Source of the DNA: Octopus bimaculoides | Taxonomy: Eukaryota | Length of the DNA: 50,938 nt | NCBI RefSeq assembly: GCF_001194135.2 | Contig: NC_068998.1 | Location: 31,286,583-31,337,520, forward strand | Direction: 5' to 3' | Shown here: positions 24,580 to 37,522 of the stretch, piece by piece | Position numbering within the stretch: the first letter of the stretch is position 1 | How the letters are laid out: each line of letters opens with the position of its first letter | The notes under the pieces: generated by a model | Seen by the model: the letters and a program-made list of their open reading frames with translations, nothing else | Databases searched by the model: none | Told to the model about the DNA's origin: nothing | Program-made: the position numbers and the translations under genes

Positions 24580-24580
<1 letters not shown>

Positions 24581-25938
24581 CAGGTCATCCCATAAGTTCT
24601 GTCCGATTGTACCTTTTTTAAAATTGAATGAAATTTAATAGTATTTTAGATTGTTTAATGGAATTAAAAATTATTTTTATGCATTTGCATACATTTAAAC
24701 TAATTAAATATTATTTTACAGAATAATACAATTNNNNNNNNNNNNNNNNNNNNNNNNNNNNNNNNNNNNNNNNNNNNNNNNNNNNNNNNNNNNNNNNNNN
24801 NNNNNNNNNNNNNNNNNNNNNNNNNNNNNNNNNNNNNNNNNNNNNNNNNNNNNNNNNNNNNNNNNNNNNNNNNNNNNNNNNNNNNNNNNNNNNNNNNNNN
24901 NNNNNNNNNNNNNNNNNNNNNNNNNNNNNNNNNNNNNNNNNNNNNNNNNNNNNNNNNNNNNNNNNNNNNNNNNNNNNNNNNNNNNNNNNNNNNNNNNNNN
25001 NNNNNNNNNNNNNNNNNNNNNNNNNNNNNNNNNNNNNNNNNNNNNNNNNNNNNNNNNNNNNNNNNNNNNNNNNNNNNNNNNNNNNNNNNNNNNNNNNNNN
25101 NNNNNNNNNNNNNNNNNNNNNNNNNNNNNNNNNNNNNNNNNNNNNNNNNNNNNNNNNNNNNNNNNNNNNNNNNNNNNNNNNNNNNNNNNNNNNNNNNNNN
25201 NNNNNNNNNNNNNNNNNNNNNNNNNNNNNNNNNNNNNNNNNNNNNNNNNNNNNNNNNNNNNNNNNNNNNNNNNNNNNNNNNNNNNNNNNNNNNNNNNNNN
25301 NNNNNNNNNNNNNNNNNNNNNNNNNNNNNNNNNNNNNNNNNNNNNNNNNNNNNNNNNNNNNNNNNNNNNNNNNNNNNNNNNNNNNNNNNNNNNNNNNNNN
25401 NNNNNNNNNNNNNNNNNNNNNNNNNNNNNNNNNNNNNNNNNNNNNNNNNNNAATTCACTTTGAATTGTTACCACCTAATGCAACAATCAATGCTCAAGTC
25501 TACTGTCAGCAATTAGAGCGTTTGAATCAAGCTTTGAAGAAAAAAGACCCACTTTAGTGAATCGAAAAGGAGTGATGTTTCATCAGGACAATGCATGACC
25601 CCACACTGCAAAAATCACATCACCGAAGATCGAAGAGCTTGGTTGGGGAAAAATTTCTCATCCACCCTGTTTTCCCGACCTTGCTCCTTCAGATTACCAT
25701 TTGTTTTGTAGTTTATAGAATCATTTGGGGAACATAACTTTTGCAAGCCATGAGGAGGTTGAAACCGACATTTCAGAGTTCTTCGCTTTGAAACTAAAAG
25801 AGTTTTACATTGATAGGATTAAAAAGCTTGTTAATAGATGGAAGGAAGGTACATTGTTGATTAAATTTCAATTAAATATAACATTTGATCACTTGTTTTC
25901 TTTATTCAAAATTCGGAGAGAACTTATGGGATGACCTG

Positions 25939-25939
<1 letters not shown>
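24580..25939 (+). mobile_element. Mariner transposon with both 26-bp TIRs and TA flanks (centre in gap)
   Basis: tcaggtcatcccataagttct(g/c)tccg at both ends; FHQDNA..H and PDLAPSDYHLF in 25560-25720. Confidence 0.92.
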
Positions 25940-25978
<39 letters not shown>

Positions 25979-26082
25979 ATAACCATGTCACAACAGACAA
26001 TTAGAGTCTGGCCAGCTCCTGTCAAACTGTTCAATCCATAGCAGCATGAAAATGGATGTTAAACAATGATGATGATGATATA

Positions 26083-26361
26083 TAGGCACAAGAGTGGCTG
26101 TGTGGTAAGTAGCTTGCTTACCAACCGCATGGTTCCGGGTTTATTTCCACTGCGTGGCATCTTGGGCAAGTGCCTTCTACTATAGCCTCGGGCCGGCCAA
26201 AGCCTTGTGAGTGGATTTGGTAGACGGAAACTGAAAGAAGCCTGTCGTATATATGTATATATACGTGTGTGTGTGTATATGTTTGTGTGTCTGTGTTTGT
26301 CCCCCAACATCGCTTGACAACCGATGCTGGTGTGTTTATGTCCCCGTAACTTAGCGGTTCG
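26083..26361 (+). mobile_element. tRNA-derived SINE (same family as 1265-1680), cut by gap
   Basis: Near-identical head and body. Confidence 0.85.
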
Positions 26362-26778
26362 NNNNNNNNNNNNNNNNNNNNNNNNNNNNNNNNNNNNNNN
26401 NNNNNNNNNNNNNNNNNNNNNNNNNNNNNNNNNNNNNNNNNNNNNNNNNNNNNNNNNNNNNNNNNNNNNNNNNNNNNNNNNNNNNNNNNNNNNNNNNNNN
26501 NNNNNNNNNNNNNNNNNNNNNNNNNNNNNNNNNNNNNNNNNNNNNNNNNNNNNNNNNNNNNNNNNNNNNNNNNNNNNNNNNNNNNNNNNNNNNNNNNNNN
26601 NNNNNNNNNNNNNNNNNNNNNNNNNNNNNNNNNNNNNNNNNNNNNNNNNNNNNNNNNNNNNNNNNNNNNNNNNNNNNNNNNNNNNNNNNNNNNNNNNNNN
26701 NNNNNNNNNNNNNNNNNNNNNNNNNNNNNNNNNNNNNNNNNNNNNNNNNNNNNNNNNNNNNNNNNNNNNNNNNNNNNN

Positions 26779-26844
<66 letters not shown>

Positions 26845-26948
26845 GGAATTAAATATTAAACACTTTTGTTTTCAAAATATTATCGTTCACATAATGTATA
26901 TATAAACGTTATATCCAACTGTCATTTCATACAGGCAACATTCATAGA

Positions 26949-28905
26949 ATGTATGAAGGTATCAAGAAAGCCATCAGCCCAACCCAGAGCAAGATAGCTC
27001 TACTCAAATCCAGAACAGGGGAAGTTATCAAGGATGAAAGAGACCAGCAGGAGAGATGGGTGGAACATTATTCTGAACTCTATGCTAAAAAGAAAAACAT
27101 CTCAGACAATACACTAGACACTGTAGAGCATCTACCTGTCGTGGAGGAGTCGGATGCACTGCCAACTGCTGAAGGTCTGAGCAGAGCCATTGATGGCTTG
27201 CCCACTGGAAAAACACTTGGCTTGGATGGCAGCTCACCAGAGAAAATCAGATGTGCAAGTAGAGTTCTACTTAGCAACTTGCTAAAGTTACTGTGTCAGT
27301 ACTGGGAGGATGGATCAGTGCTGCAAGACATGAGAGACTGCAACATTGTTACCCTATATAAGAACAAAGGAGACAAAAGCGACTGCAATAACTACTGAGT
27401 CATCTTGCTGTTAAGCATAGTTGTGAAAGTCTTTAGGCTACAGAAAATCACAGAGAAGGTACATTCGAATCTCAGTGTGGTTTCAGAGCAAAACTCCACC
27501 ATCAATATGATCTTCTCTGTCCGATAGCTACAAGAAAATTGCTGAGAGCAAAGACAACCACTCTTTATCACCTTTATTGACCTCAACAAAGGCTTTTGTC
27601 AGTAGAGACGACCTGTTCAAAATCCTTGCCAAGACTGGCTGTCTGCCAAGACTTTTCAGGATTATTCAATCATTTCACATGGACACGAAAGACATCGTTC
27701 AATTTGATGGCTCTTTTTTGGAGGCATTCAACATATGCAGTGATGTGAAACAAGGCTGTGTACTTGCCCTCACCCTATATGGCATCTTCTTTGTAGTCAT
27801 CCTGAAACCTGCATTTGGGACATCAACTGATGGTGTTTACCTCCACACAAGATCAAGTGGCAAACTGTGTAGTCTGTTGAAGCTGAAAGCAAAATCCAAG
27901 GTGTGCCACTTGTCAGAGAAATGCTTTTCGCAGACAATGTAGCACTGACAGTGCACTCTAAAGTGCAAATGCAGCACCTCATGGACAAACCCTCAAAGGT
28001 CTGTCAGGAATTCAACCTGACTGTCAGTAATGGGTCAAAATGTCAAGTACACTCCCACCATCACCATCAACAACTACAAGCTAGAGGTAGTCCAATCAAT
28101 TCATCTATCTCAGTTCTACCATCGCTGGTGACTGCTTCCTGGACCCTGAGATGAACATGCGAATTGGACAAGCATCCTCCACACTTGCAAGGCTTACAAA
28201 AAGAGTGAGAAAGCAAAAAAACCAGCTGAAAACACCAAAATTGTTGTCTATAAGGTGTGCATTCTTAGTAAGTTACTTTATGGCAGTGAGACGTGGAGCC
28301 TCTGCTCTAGACAGGAGTGGCATCTCAATGTCTTTCACCTTTGCAATTTATGATGCATCTTGGACATCAAGTGACTGACCACAGCACTAACGCTGAAATC
28401 CTTAACTGAGCCAAGATACCCATCGTACACATCCTACTCCAGCAGCATCATTTGGATGGGCTCAGTCATATTCATCACATGCCAGACGGAAAGATCCCCA
28501 AAGACCTCCTGTATGGGGAACTGGCTGCTGGCACAAGAGAACGAGGACGACCTCATCTTCATTTCAAAGATGTCTGTATGAGAGATATGAAGTCACTTGA
28601 TCTGGACGTCCTGAGATTGGAGGAGGTTGAAAATGATCACCCACACTGGAAGCAAATACTGCAAAAGGGAATGAAGAGAGCAGAAGGAAAACAGGTACTT
28701 ACCATCAGAGAAAAGTGCACTCAACAGAATGAAAAATCAGCAGCACTGGCAGAGAGCTCCTTCAAATGCAGTAGCTGTATGCATGTCTGCCACTCCCATG
28801 TGAACCTTAAAGCCACAACAGATGCTGCACTACCATCAGCAGGTGACACGATTTCTTTGGGTGCAGATCCATGGCTGCTCGATGCCTACTACCTACAACC
28901 GAATG
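26949..28905 (+). mobile_element. RTE/BovB-like LINE remnant with C-terminal Cys/His finger
   Basis: DMRDCNIVTLYKNKGDKSDCNNY, VKQGCVLA..L.GIFF, MLFADNVAL, RIPKDLLYGEL..G.R.RGRP.L.FKDVC, FKCSSCMHVCHSH. Confidence 0.88.
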
Positions 28906-28914
28906 ACTATATAT

Positions 28915-31865
28915 ACATCATCATCATCATCATACATCTGTTTTACATGCTGGCATAGGTTGGACAGTTTGACTGGGGTATGGGAAGCCAGGAGGCTGTA
29001 CCAGTCTGATCTGGCAGTGTTTCTACAGCTGGATGCCCTTCCTAATGCCAACCACTCAAAGAGTGTAGTGGGTGTTTTTTTCGTGCCACCAGCACAGGGA
29101 CCAGAGAGAGCTGGCATCGACCACGATCAGATGGAACTTTTTACGTGCCACTGGCATGGGAGCCAGTCAGGGCAGGGCTGGCATCGGCCACGTTCGGATA
29201 GTGCTTTTTATGTGCCTCTGGCACAGGGACCAAACTACAATTTCCATTTGATTTTGATTTTGATGTACTTGACTCAATAGGTCTCCTCAAGCATGGCATG
29301 TTACCCTACGATCCAAGGTACTTTTTGAGTGGGCTGGTTATGTGACACTGGTGTAGGTTACAGCTGTGAGCTCACTTTATTTGCCAGATCTTCTCAGTCA
29401 CAGCATATCTTCAGAGGTCTCAGTCTTTCGTCATTGCCTCTGTGAGGCCCAACGTTCAAGGATCATGCTTCACCACCTCATCCCATGTCTTCCTGGGTTT
29501 CCCTCTATCCTGGATTCCTTTCACTGTTTCGGAGTGGCACTTTTTCACACAGCTCTCCTCATCCATCCATATTACATGACCATACCAACGCAAACGTCTC
29601 TCTTGCATGCCACATCCAATGCCTCTTATGTTGAACATTTCTCTCAGGGCGCTTACACTCTGTCATGTGTGCACACTGACATTACACATCCAGTGGATCA
29701 TGCCAGCTTCATTTCTTTCGAGCCTACGCATGTCTTCAGCAGTCACGGCCCATGTTTCAATGCTGTGAAGCATGGCAGTTCACATACACGCATTGTATGA
29801 GCGAGAGGCCCTTTGTCACCAGTAGGGGTAGAAGCTTTCTGAACTTTGCCCAGGCTATTCTTATTCTAGTGGTAACACTGTCTGAGCATCCACCCCCACT
29901 ACAGACTTGTAGTGGAAGCTATCAACTACTTCTAGTTTCTCCCCCTGGCATGTGATGGAATCTGTTTTCTGAGTATCTGTGGTGTTTATTGCCTTTGTGC
30001 ATCTGCCGCACATGAAAGCTATCTTCCCGGTTAATCTTCCTTTGATGTTGCTGCACCTCTTATGTGTCCATAGCTTACACTGGGTACATCTTATGGAGTT
30101 TCTACCTACACTTTTTCTACAGATCGAGCAGGGTCACCTACCTGAAAGGGTGTGTGATGTGTTCACCTTCCTACTCGCTAGAACTTTGATCTTTGTGACA
30201 TTGACTCTAAGGCCCTTTGATTCTAAACCTTGCTTCTACACCTGAAATTTCTTCTCTAGTTCTGGTAGTGATTCTCCTATGAGGGCCAGGTTATCAGCAT
30301 AGAGGAGCTCTCAGGGGCAACCCATCTTGAATTCCTGTGTTATTGCCAAGAGGACTATGAAGAATAAGAGGGGGGGGGGCTGAGGGCTGATCCTTGGTGG
30401 ACCCCGACTTCTACCTGGAATTCTTCACTGTACTCATTGCCAACCCTAACCTTACTAATGGCATCTCTGTATAGGGCCTGTACAGCCCTTATTAACCATT
30501 TGTCAATCCCCAGTTTCTGCATCGCTCACCAGATAAGGGATCGGGGGGACCCTGTCAAAGGCTTTCTCCAAGTTCACAAAAGTCAAGTATAGGGGTTTAT
30601 CTTTGGCTAGGTATTTCTCCTGCAATTGCCGTACCAGGGATATAGCATCAGTGGTGCTTCTACCTGGCACAAAGCCAAACTGCATCTCATCTAAGCAGAC
30701 TCTCTCCTTAATTAGTTGGAATATGACCCCCTCTGTGACTTTCATCACCTGATTCAGCAGTTTGATACCCCTGTAGTTATTTCTATCTAGAGCATCACCT
30801 TTACTCTTATAGCAGTTGACTATGGTGCTACTATGCCAGTCATTGGGTATGATTCCATCATGAACTACCTGGTTTACAATCCGGGTGACTAGGCCATAGC
30901 CCACACCACCAGATGTTTTAAACATCTCATCAGTGATTCTTGATGGGCCGGGGGCTTTTCCTGGTTTCATACCCTTAATTGCTTTATCTACCAGGTTATC
31001 TATTCAGATAGCTAGTCCCTCTACTGGGTCAACATTTGGCAGACTCTCCTCCTTCCATTCATTCTCTACGTTCAGTAGTCTTTCATAATGGCTTCTCCAA
31101 ACGTCTTTCCTTTCTGAATCATTAAAAGCAAGTGCACCATCATCCATGCAGACACATTTCTCTCCTGTAACATCGCAATTTTCTCTCACACACTGTCTGG
31201 CAATCTGAAATACTTCAATTCTTTGGTCCTCATGTCACTGGACATTGGCAAACTTCTTCTTTTCTGCTTCTCCCTTGACTGTGTATACCTGTTGCCCAGC
31301 CTCCCTCCTGGCTATCTGGTACATTTCCCTGATACCTCCACTCTTTCAGACTTTCTGGGCCTGTTTTTATGCTCTAATGGCTTTATCTACCACCACGTTT
31401 ATCCACCACTTTACTCTAGGTCTGAAAGGGACTTTGCACACTTCCACAGACTTGGTCTGTGGCACTCAGTAAGCTGTCCCGTAGGAATTTCTAGCTACCT
31501 TCTATGTCCGAGGTCTGTAGCTCCTCCACCCTGTCATCAAATTTCTTGATGAGGATGTCCCTAAATCACTGACCAGGGTTCTTTAGCTTCCAAATCCTTC
31601 TTTTCTGGATTGGTCTGCTTCTTGGCATCCTTCTGGCTTCAAGTCTAAAGTCACTAATGACTAGTCTATGCTGAAGGGTACATTCTTCACCTGGGAGGGT
31701 CTTTGTATTTAAGAGCAACCCTGTGTCCCACTGTCTGGTGAGGATGAAATCAATCTGGCTAGCAGAGTCACCTGATTGATAGGTTATCAAGTGGCTGTCT
31801 GGCTTCCTGAAGTTAGTGTTGCAGATTAAAAGGTTACATGCATCACAGAACTCTAGCTGCAAAGA
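28915..31865 (-). mobile_element. RTE LINE (family of 7952-11810), 5'-truncated within APE
   Basis: ICNTNFRKP..HLITY..QIDFIL..CTLQHRLV (APE); GKAPGPS, NYRGIKLL, LEKAFDRV (RT); RLRWYGHV; 3' UTR and (GAT)n tail. Confidence 0.9.
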
Positions 31866-31869
31866 TGAG

Positions 31870-31908
31870 GTCATTACCACTCGTCATTACCACTCGTCAT
31901 TACCACTC
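31870..31908. repeat. 13-bp unit x3 (gtcattaccactc) at a junction between elements
   Basis: Direct reading. Confidence 0.9.
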
Positions 31909-31995
31909 CTCTTCCCACATAAAGGTGGAAAAAAAGAGTACTCAAGTACCAGAGGTAGAGTAATATGCTTTATTTAAAAGCAGCAGAAATATAAC

Positions 31996-32042
31996 AAAAC
32001 CTTTTACTCAGAGTTTCACGTTCCCATTCGTCAGACAGTTTT
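31996..32042 (-). ncRNA. Type I hammerhead-like motif with canonical core
   Basis: Minus strand aaaacugu-CUGACGA-AUG ggaa CGU-GAA-ACUC u GAGU-A-aaagguuuu; stem I imperfect. Confidence 0.65.
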
Positions 32043-32059
32043 AAAAACTGTCTGATATT

Positions 32060-32650
32060 TCTGCTGTGAAATCAAAATCGAAATTTCTGCTGTGAAATCG
32101 AAATCGAAATCGAACCAAATTCAACGACTGGTACCCCGAAGACTTGTTGGGGCAAGTGAAATCGTAACTGAGCCAAATTTGATGACTGGCACCTGTGCCA
32201 GTGGAGCGCTAACAGCACCATCTGAGCGGGATCACTGACAGAGCAGCAGTCTGGCTTCTGTGCCAGTGGCACGTAAAAAGCACCATCTGAATGAGATCGT
32301 TACCAGTGTTGCCTTACTGGCACTTGTGCCGGTGGTATGTGAACAAGACATTCGAGCGAGGTCGTTGCCAGTGCCACTGGACTGACTCCTGTGCATATGG
32401 CACGTAAAAACACCATTTGAGCATGGCCGTTGCCAGTACCGCCAGACTGGTCCTCGTGCCGGTGGCACGTAAAAGCACCCGTTACACTCTCGGAGTGGTT
32501 GGCATTAGGAAGGGCATCCAGCTGTAGAAATTCTGCCAGATCAGATTGGAGCCTTGTGCAGCCATCTGGTTCACCAGTCCTCAGTCAAATCGTCCAACCC
32601 ATGCTAGCATGGAAAGCGGACGTTAAACGATGATGATGATGATGATATAN
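32060..32650 (+). mobile_element. RTE-family 3' UTR/tail fragment with (GAAATC)n and four ~65-bp subrepeats
   Basis: Ends atggaaagcggacgttaaacgatgatgat; homologous to 7952-8500 in reverse. Confidence 0.85.
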
Positions 32651-33479
32651 NNNNNNNNNNNNNNNNNNNNNNNNNNNNNNNNNNNNNNNNNNNNNNNNNN
32701 NNNNNNNNNNNNNNNNNNNNNNNNNNNNNNNNNNNNNNNNNNNNNNNNNNNNNNNNNNNNNNNNNNNNNNNNNNNNNNNNNNNNNNNNNNNNNNNNNNNN
32801 NNNNNNNNNNNNNNNNNNNNNNNNNNNNNNNNNNNNNNNNNNNNNNNNNNNNNNNNNNNNNNNNNNNNNNNNNNNNNNNNNNNNNNNNNNNNNNNNNNNN
32901 NNNNNNNNNNNNNNNNNNNNNNNNNNNNNNNNNNNNNNNNNNNCATACATATAAATTTGACATGGGCGATTTTTTCTTGTTTTGGGATTCACAGTCAAAC
33001 GGCTGGGTGAAATTGCATGAAAAATTACACAGATGTGTAGAATGATCCAGTGGTGTTGGTGGGCTTTGTATTTTTTCATAACTCTCATGGTTACCAAGAT
33101 AATCTACTATAATAATACTCTTGTGTTTATGAATGAGAAAAGAAGGGGTGATAGAGGAATAAGGAAGGAAGGGGTCATGTCATACTTGGTAGTGGGATGA
33201 TGAAAATTGTATGCTGAAAAAGATCTTCACATACTGAGATTCATATTTTACGTATTTCCTAACGCTTACGTGACTTTTACATATTTCTTAACATTACAAT
33301 TTTATAATTTTATACAAACTTATATTGATCTGGTTAATTTATTTTTGATTTGGTAAATTTAACCTTTTATTTATTTATCCATATTTTTCATCTTTAAACT
33401 ACATTTTGAAATTTCTATTTTATGAGGGGCATTCATTAAAAATTTCCCCTGACCCACTTCCCAAGGACTGGGATAAATA

Positions 33480-34320
33480 AAACTTGGCATAATTATTAGT
33501 CCCTCTCTACATAACCACCACCAATGGTAACACACTTCTCCCATCAATTTCTGCAGCTGTGAAGACTTTGTCTGTAGAAGTCGGTAGGTTGCATCTGGAG
33601 CCAAGACTTTACCTTGGAAATAAGTTCATCATCCAAAATGTGCTTCTATTTCTAAAAAGACTTCATGATTGGAAAGATGAGGAAGTCAGATGGTGTGAAA
33701 TTGGGAGAGTAAGGGGGATGAGGAAGGATTTCATAGCTGCAGGAGTGTGCTTTCATCTAGGCAATATGCACATAGTAAACTGTGTCTTGGAGCAGGTGGA
33801 CTCCTTTGGTCAGCATGCCACGCCTTTCTACTTTGATGGCATCCCACAATTTCTGCAGCAGAGAGACATAATATGCCCTGTTAATTGTGGTGCCCTTTAC
33901 CAGAAAATTCATCGTCACTACTCCGCACAGGTGCCAAAAGACTGTGAGCATTACCTTGCCTGCTGAGAGTTGGAGATGAGCCTTCTTTAGAGGTGGTGAG
34001 TTATCATGCTTCCATTGCTTTGACTGTACTTTAGTCTCAGGATCATAGTGAAGGACCCATGTTTCATCCTGTGTGATAAGTCTGCCAAAAAAGTCTTTGT
34101 TCTTTGTTTTCTTGGAACCTTACCAAAACAACCTAGGATCAATTGACTCATTCCTGCTTCTGAAAAGGTTTGAGCATCAGGGGAATCCATTATGCAGACA
34201 ACTTCCGCATGTACAAATGGTTGTAAATGATTTTTTCCTCAGACCCTAGACTTATCTTCACTTCTTGTGGCGATCCTCCAAAATGGCAGCTTCCATTTTA
34301 TGGATGGTGTCGTCAAAAAT
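33480..34320 (-). mobile_element. Mariner remnant
   Basis: MLTVFW...NFLVKGTTINRAYY..L..L..AIK..R.G.L..GV.LLQD; DET-region homology in ORF 33987-34190. Confidence 0.85.
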
Positions 34321-34639
34321 GGCAGAAAATTTGTTTTTCTTTTAAAATTATATTTTTAAAATTATATTTTTATATTTACTTTTCAAATTTTAACCCTCAA
34401 TTCTTATTTTTAAATAATTCTTTAAAAAATAATTATCTTTTTTTGCAATTTTGCAGTTTATGTATTTTTATTTTTAATTTTATGTTTGTCAATTCTTTAT
34501 TTTCTTCTTATATACCTTGCTGTATTGAGTGTACACAGAGATCTCAAAAGTTAATAGACACAATCATTTTTTTCAATATTTATTTCTAGAAACAAAATAA
34601 AGTAATTTAATACATTTGAATAGTTAATCTAATATTCAA

Positions 34640-35220
34640 TAGACATAGCCAGCCCACTTATGCGTACCTTTCCTTCATTGGACACTAAACTCCACTTGTG
34701 AAGACCTATTGAGGCAAGTGAAATCGAATTCGAACTAAATTCGATGACTGGTCCCCANNNNNNNNNNTTCCTTCATTGGACACTAAACTCGGCTTGCGAA
34801 AGGGGCAAGCGAAAGCGAAATCGTGATGGCACCTGTACCAGTGGAGCGCTAAGAGCACCGTTTGAGCATGATCGTTACCAGTGTCGCCTTCCTGGCACTT
34901 GTACCAATGGCATGTAAAAAGTCATTCGAGCGAGATCGTTGCCAGTGCCGCTGGACTGGCTCCTGTGCAGGTGGCATGTAAAAAACACCTTTTTGAGCAT
35001 GGCCGTTGCCAGCACCATGTGACTGGCCCTCGTGCTGGTGGCATGTAAAAACACCCACTATACTTTCAGAGTGGTTGGCGTTAGGAAGGGCATCCAGCTG
35101 CAGAAACTGCCAGATCAGATTGGAGCCTGGTGCAGCCTTCTGGCTTGCCAGTCCTCAGTCAAATTGTCCAACCCATGCTAGCATGGAAAGCGGACGTTAA
35201 AGGATAATGATGATGATGAG
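34640..35220 (+). mobile_element. RTE-family 3' UTR/tail fragments (partly duplicated across a small gap)
   Basis: ttccttcattggacactaaactc occurs twice; same tail as 32060-32650. Confidence 0.8.
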
Positions 35221-35399
35221 GAGAACAAATATTTATTGCTGTTTTCATTGCTGAAGAACTCAGTTTGAATTCATACAACATGTAGTGTCTGATATAGACC
35301 TGATATGTATTTATCCTCTATGATATAAAGTAATCTGCAACAACACCATCACACTTACTTCATAAGTTTAATGGCATTAGAGAAAGAAGCAACAGAGAC

Positions 35400-35860
35400 A
35401 GGTAGAAGATATTAATGGAAGTATTTAGCTTTGACCATGCACATAGGCAGCTGGAGGGTGAAGAACATAGTGCAGCTGTGTCATGTGCCATCTTCACACA
35501 TGATTGCCTTCTCTCTGAGCTTCCTTGTTGTCAATGGCAGTTCTGACTTTCTGTTCATGATTTCTCAGATGACTATTCAGTCCTGTTGCACATCTCCGTG
35601 GTTTGAAACATAGGTGATAGATGAAAGTTGTAAGTTCTACTGGATTGATCAGGTCATTATGTGGGATAGGAATTCTGTGAATTGCCATATGTCTTTTCAG
35701 ACCCCAAACTGACTTGCAAATTTTTTTCATGTATTACACATCTGGAAGTTCCTACAGGACAACTTAATGAGGGCTGCTGACCAAATTTATGGCTGGTGCA
35801 AAGTCCCACCAGACCTAAGGTGATATGGTGGTAGAACAGGGAAGTAGACATGGACATTAG
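35400..35860 (-). mobile_element. LINE (RTE-like) C-terminal double zinc-finger fragment
   Basis: KICKSVWGLKRHMAIH and HLCFKPRRCATGLNSHLRNH. Confidence 0.55.
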
Positions 35861-36647
35861 AACAAAGAAATTGGACTGGAAGAGTGCTGATAACAGAGAA
35901 CTATATCAGGTAGCTAGAAGTAGGTATCTCTATAGAACACTGTACAATGAAGACAAGCACTGTTTAACCACACAAAAACATACTTTTTGCTTTATCATTT
36001 TCATATCAGAATAAATATTGCTTTATCATTTTCATATCAAAATAAATATTTTCTGAGAAAAATTATATTTCATTTGAAAGTTCTGGATGTGAACTTCCTT
36101 CTCATATAATTTTAATTAAAATCTAACTGTTACATATCATGTCAGGGTCCTTCAAACACTATGGTTTTTCCATGCATTTACAAAATTTGTCCTGTTTTTT
36201 TTTTTGACTGCTGAATGGTAGCCCGTGTTCTAGTTCAGTACACTTGAGCACCATAACTCAAGTTGTGTTAAAAATCATAGTCATGAAAAGGTAGGTTTTC
36301 ACATTATTTTGATATAAAAATTGATGGGGGTTGCTCAAATGATTGTTATAAAATATAAAAGTTAAAATTTCATATTTTCTTGAAGATCATAAAAAAAAAT
36401 TCTCATGAGTTCTATGTAGTCATTGATAATTCTGGCTATGATATGGTGAAAAAGCACAAAGTCACTAGAGAGGGTGGTATACTGACCCTACTTGCTAAAC
36501 TGATGTATTTGTGCACAGCAAGACGTCAAACAGAACATGAATCCAGGGCTTCAGATATCGAATTTGAACTAGGATTTCAGGAAATGAAATAGCTAATTAC
36601 CAAGTAAACATATTTCTACAAAAAAATGCACTAAAGTGTGTTTAATA

Positions 36648-37522
36648 CGAGGTGACATCAGAAGGTTCCTGGACTAGTTATGTTTAATAAAGATTAACTT
36701 ATTTACCTAAGTTTTAACATCATCTCCTTTGAAATAGTCACCATGCACAGTAATATACCAGTCCCAGCATTCCTGCCACTTCTGGAATCTGGTCTGGAAG
36801 TTATTTTCTGTAGGCAAGTCAAGGACCTTCTGTGATTCACTCTGGATCATGGCAACAGTGTTAAAATGGAAACCTTTGAGTTGCATTTTCATCTTGGGGA
36901 AAAGATGGAAGTCTACAGGTGCTAAATCTGGTGAATAAGGTTGGTGCAGAAGTAATACCATGTTGCTTTTGATGAGACACTCACAAGTAAGGAGAGCTTG
37001 GTGACAAGGTGCATTTTCATTGGTCAGTTTTGCCAAAAGTCCTCCCTCAAAATGCCACAGTACAACTCTTGGCCCTGGGAGGCGAATTCTTGATGCACAA
37101 TACCACATTCCCAGGAGTGACACTTGTGGAAGGTCTTCCAGATCACTCATTGTCTTCCAGAGATATTCTTCCACTTTTGAAGTGTCTGTGCCACTCAAAA
37201 TATTGCGTACAACCCATTGCTTTATCTCTGTAAGCATGCCGAAGCATGCCCAGTGTGTCTGTAGCAGGCTTTCCAAGTTTAATGCAAAATTTCTTGTTGG
37301 CTCTTTGTTCCTGTCCAAAAAAACAAAACAAAAAAACAAACAAAAATACAAACAAACAAAAAAAAACCCACAATTTTCACAACTTGCAAAGTAAGCTCAG
37401 TGATGTCATTTGGTACACTGCCTCATGAAAGTCACTGCTAGCTTTCACAGCACACACAACCATGTGCTGCCATCTGTTAGTGTGCTACAGAACTAGTCTG
37501 GGAACTTTTTGATACTACTTCT
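36648..37522 (-). mobile_element. Internally deleted mariner with ~33-bp TIRs and TA flanks
   Basis: Left cgaggtgacatcagaaggttcctggactagtt versus right aactagtctgggaactttttgatactacttct; N-terminal KFCIKLGKPATDTLGML and C-terminal QPYSPDLAPVDFHLFPKMK..LKG, with the centre missing. Confidence 0.9.

Noticed and set aside
32060-32520. Repeat-spacer pattern as a CRISPR-like array
   Set aside because: Units are diverged, the 'spacers' are homologous to each other, there are no cas genes, and the context is a eukaryotic LINE 3' UTR.
35987-36048. 31-bp direct duplication (also the 24-bp x3 repeat at ~49372-49440)
   Set aside because: Ordinary slippage duplications with no further structure.
36380-36592. 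70-aa ORF (EFYVVIDNSGYDMVKKH...) as a host exon
   Set aside because: No recognisable motif, non-ATG start, weak splice context; cannot be supported without RNA data.
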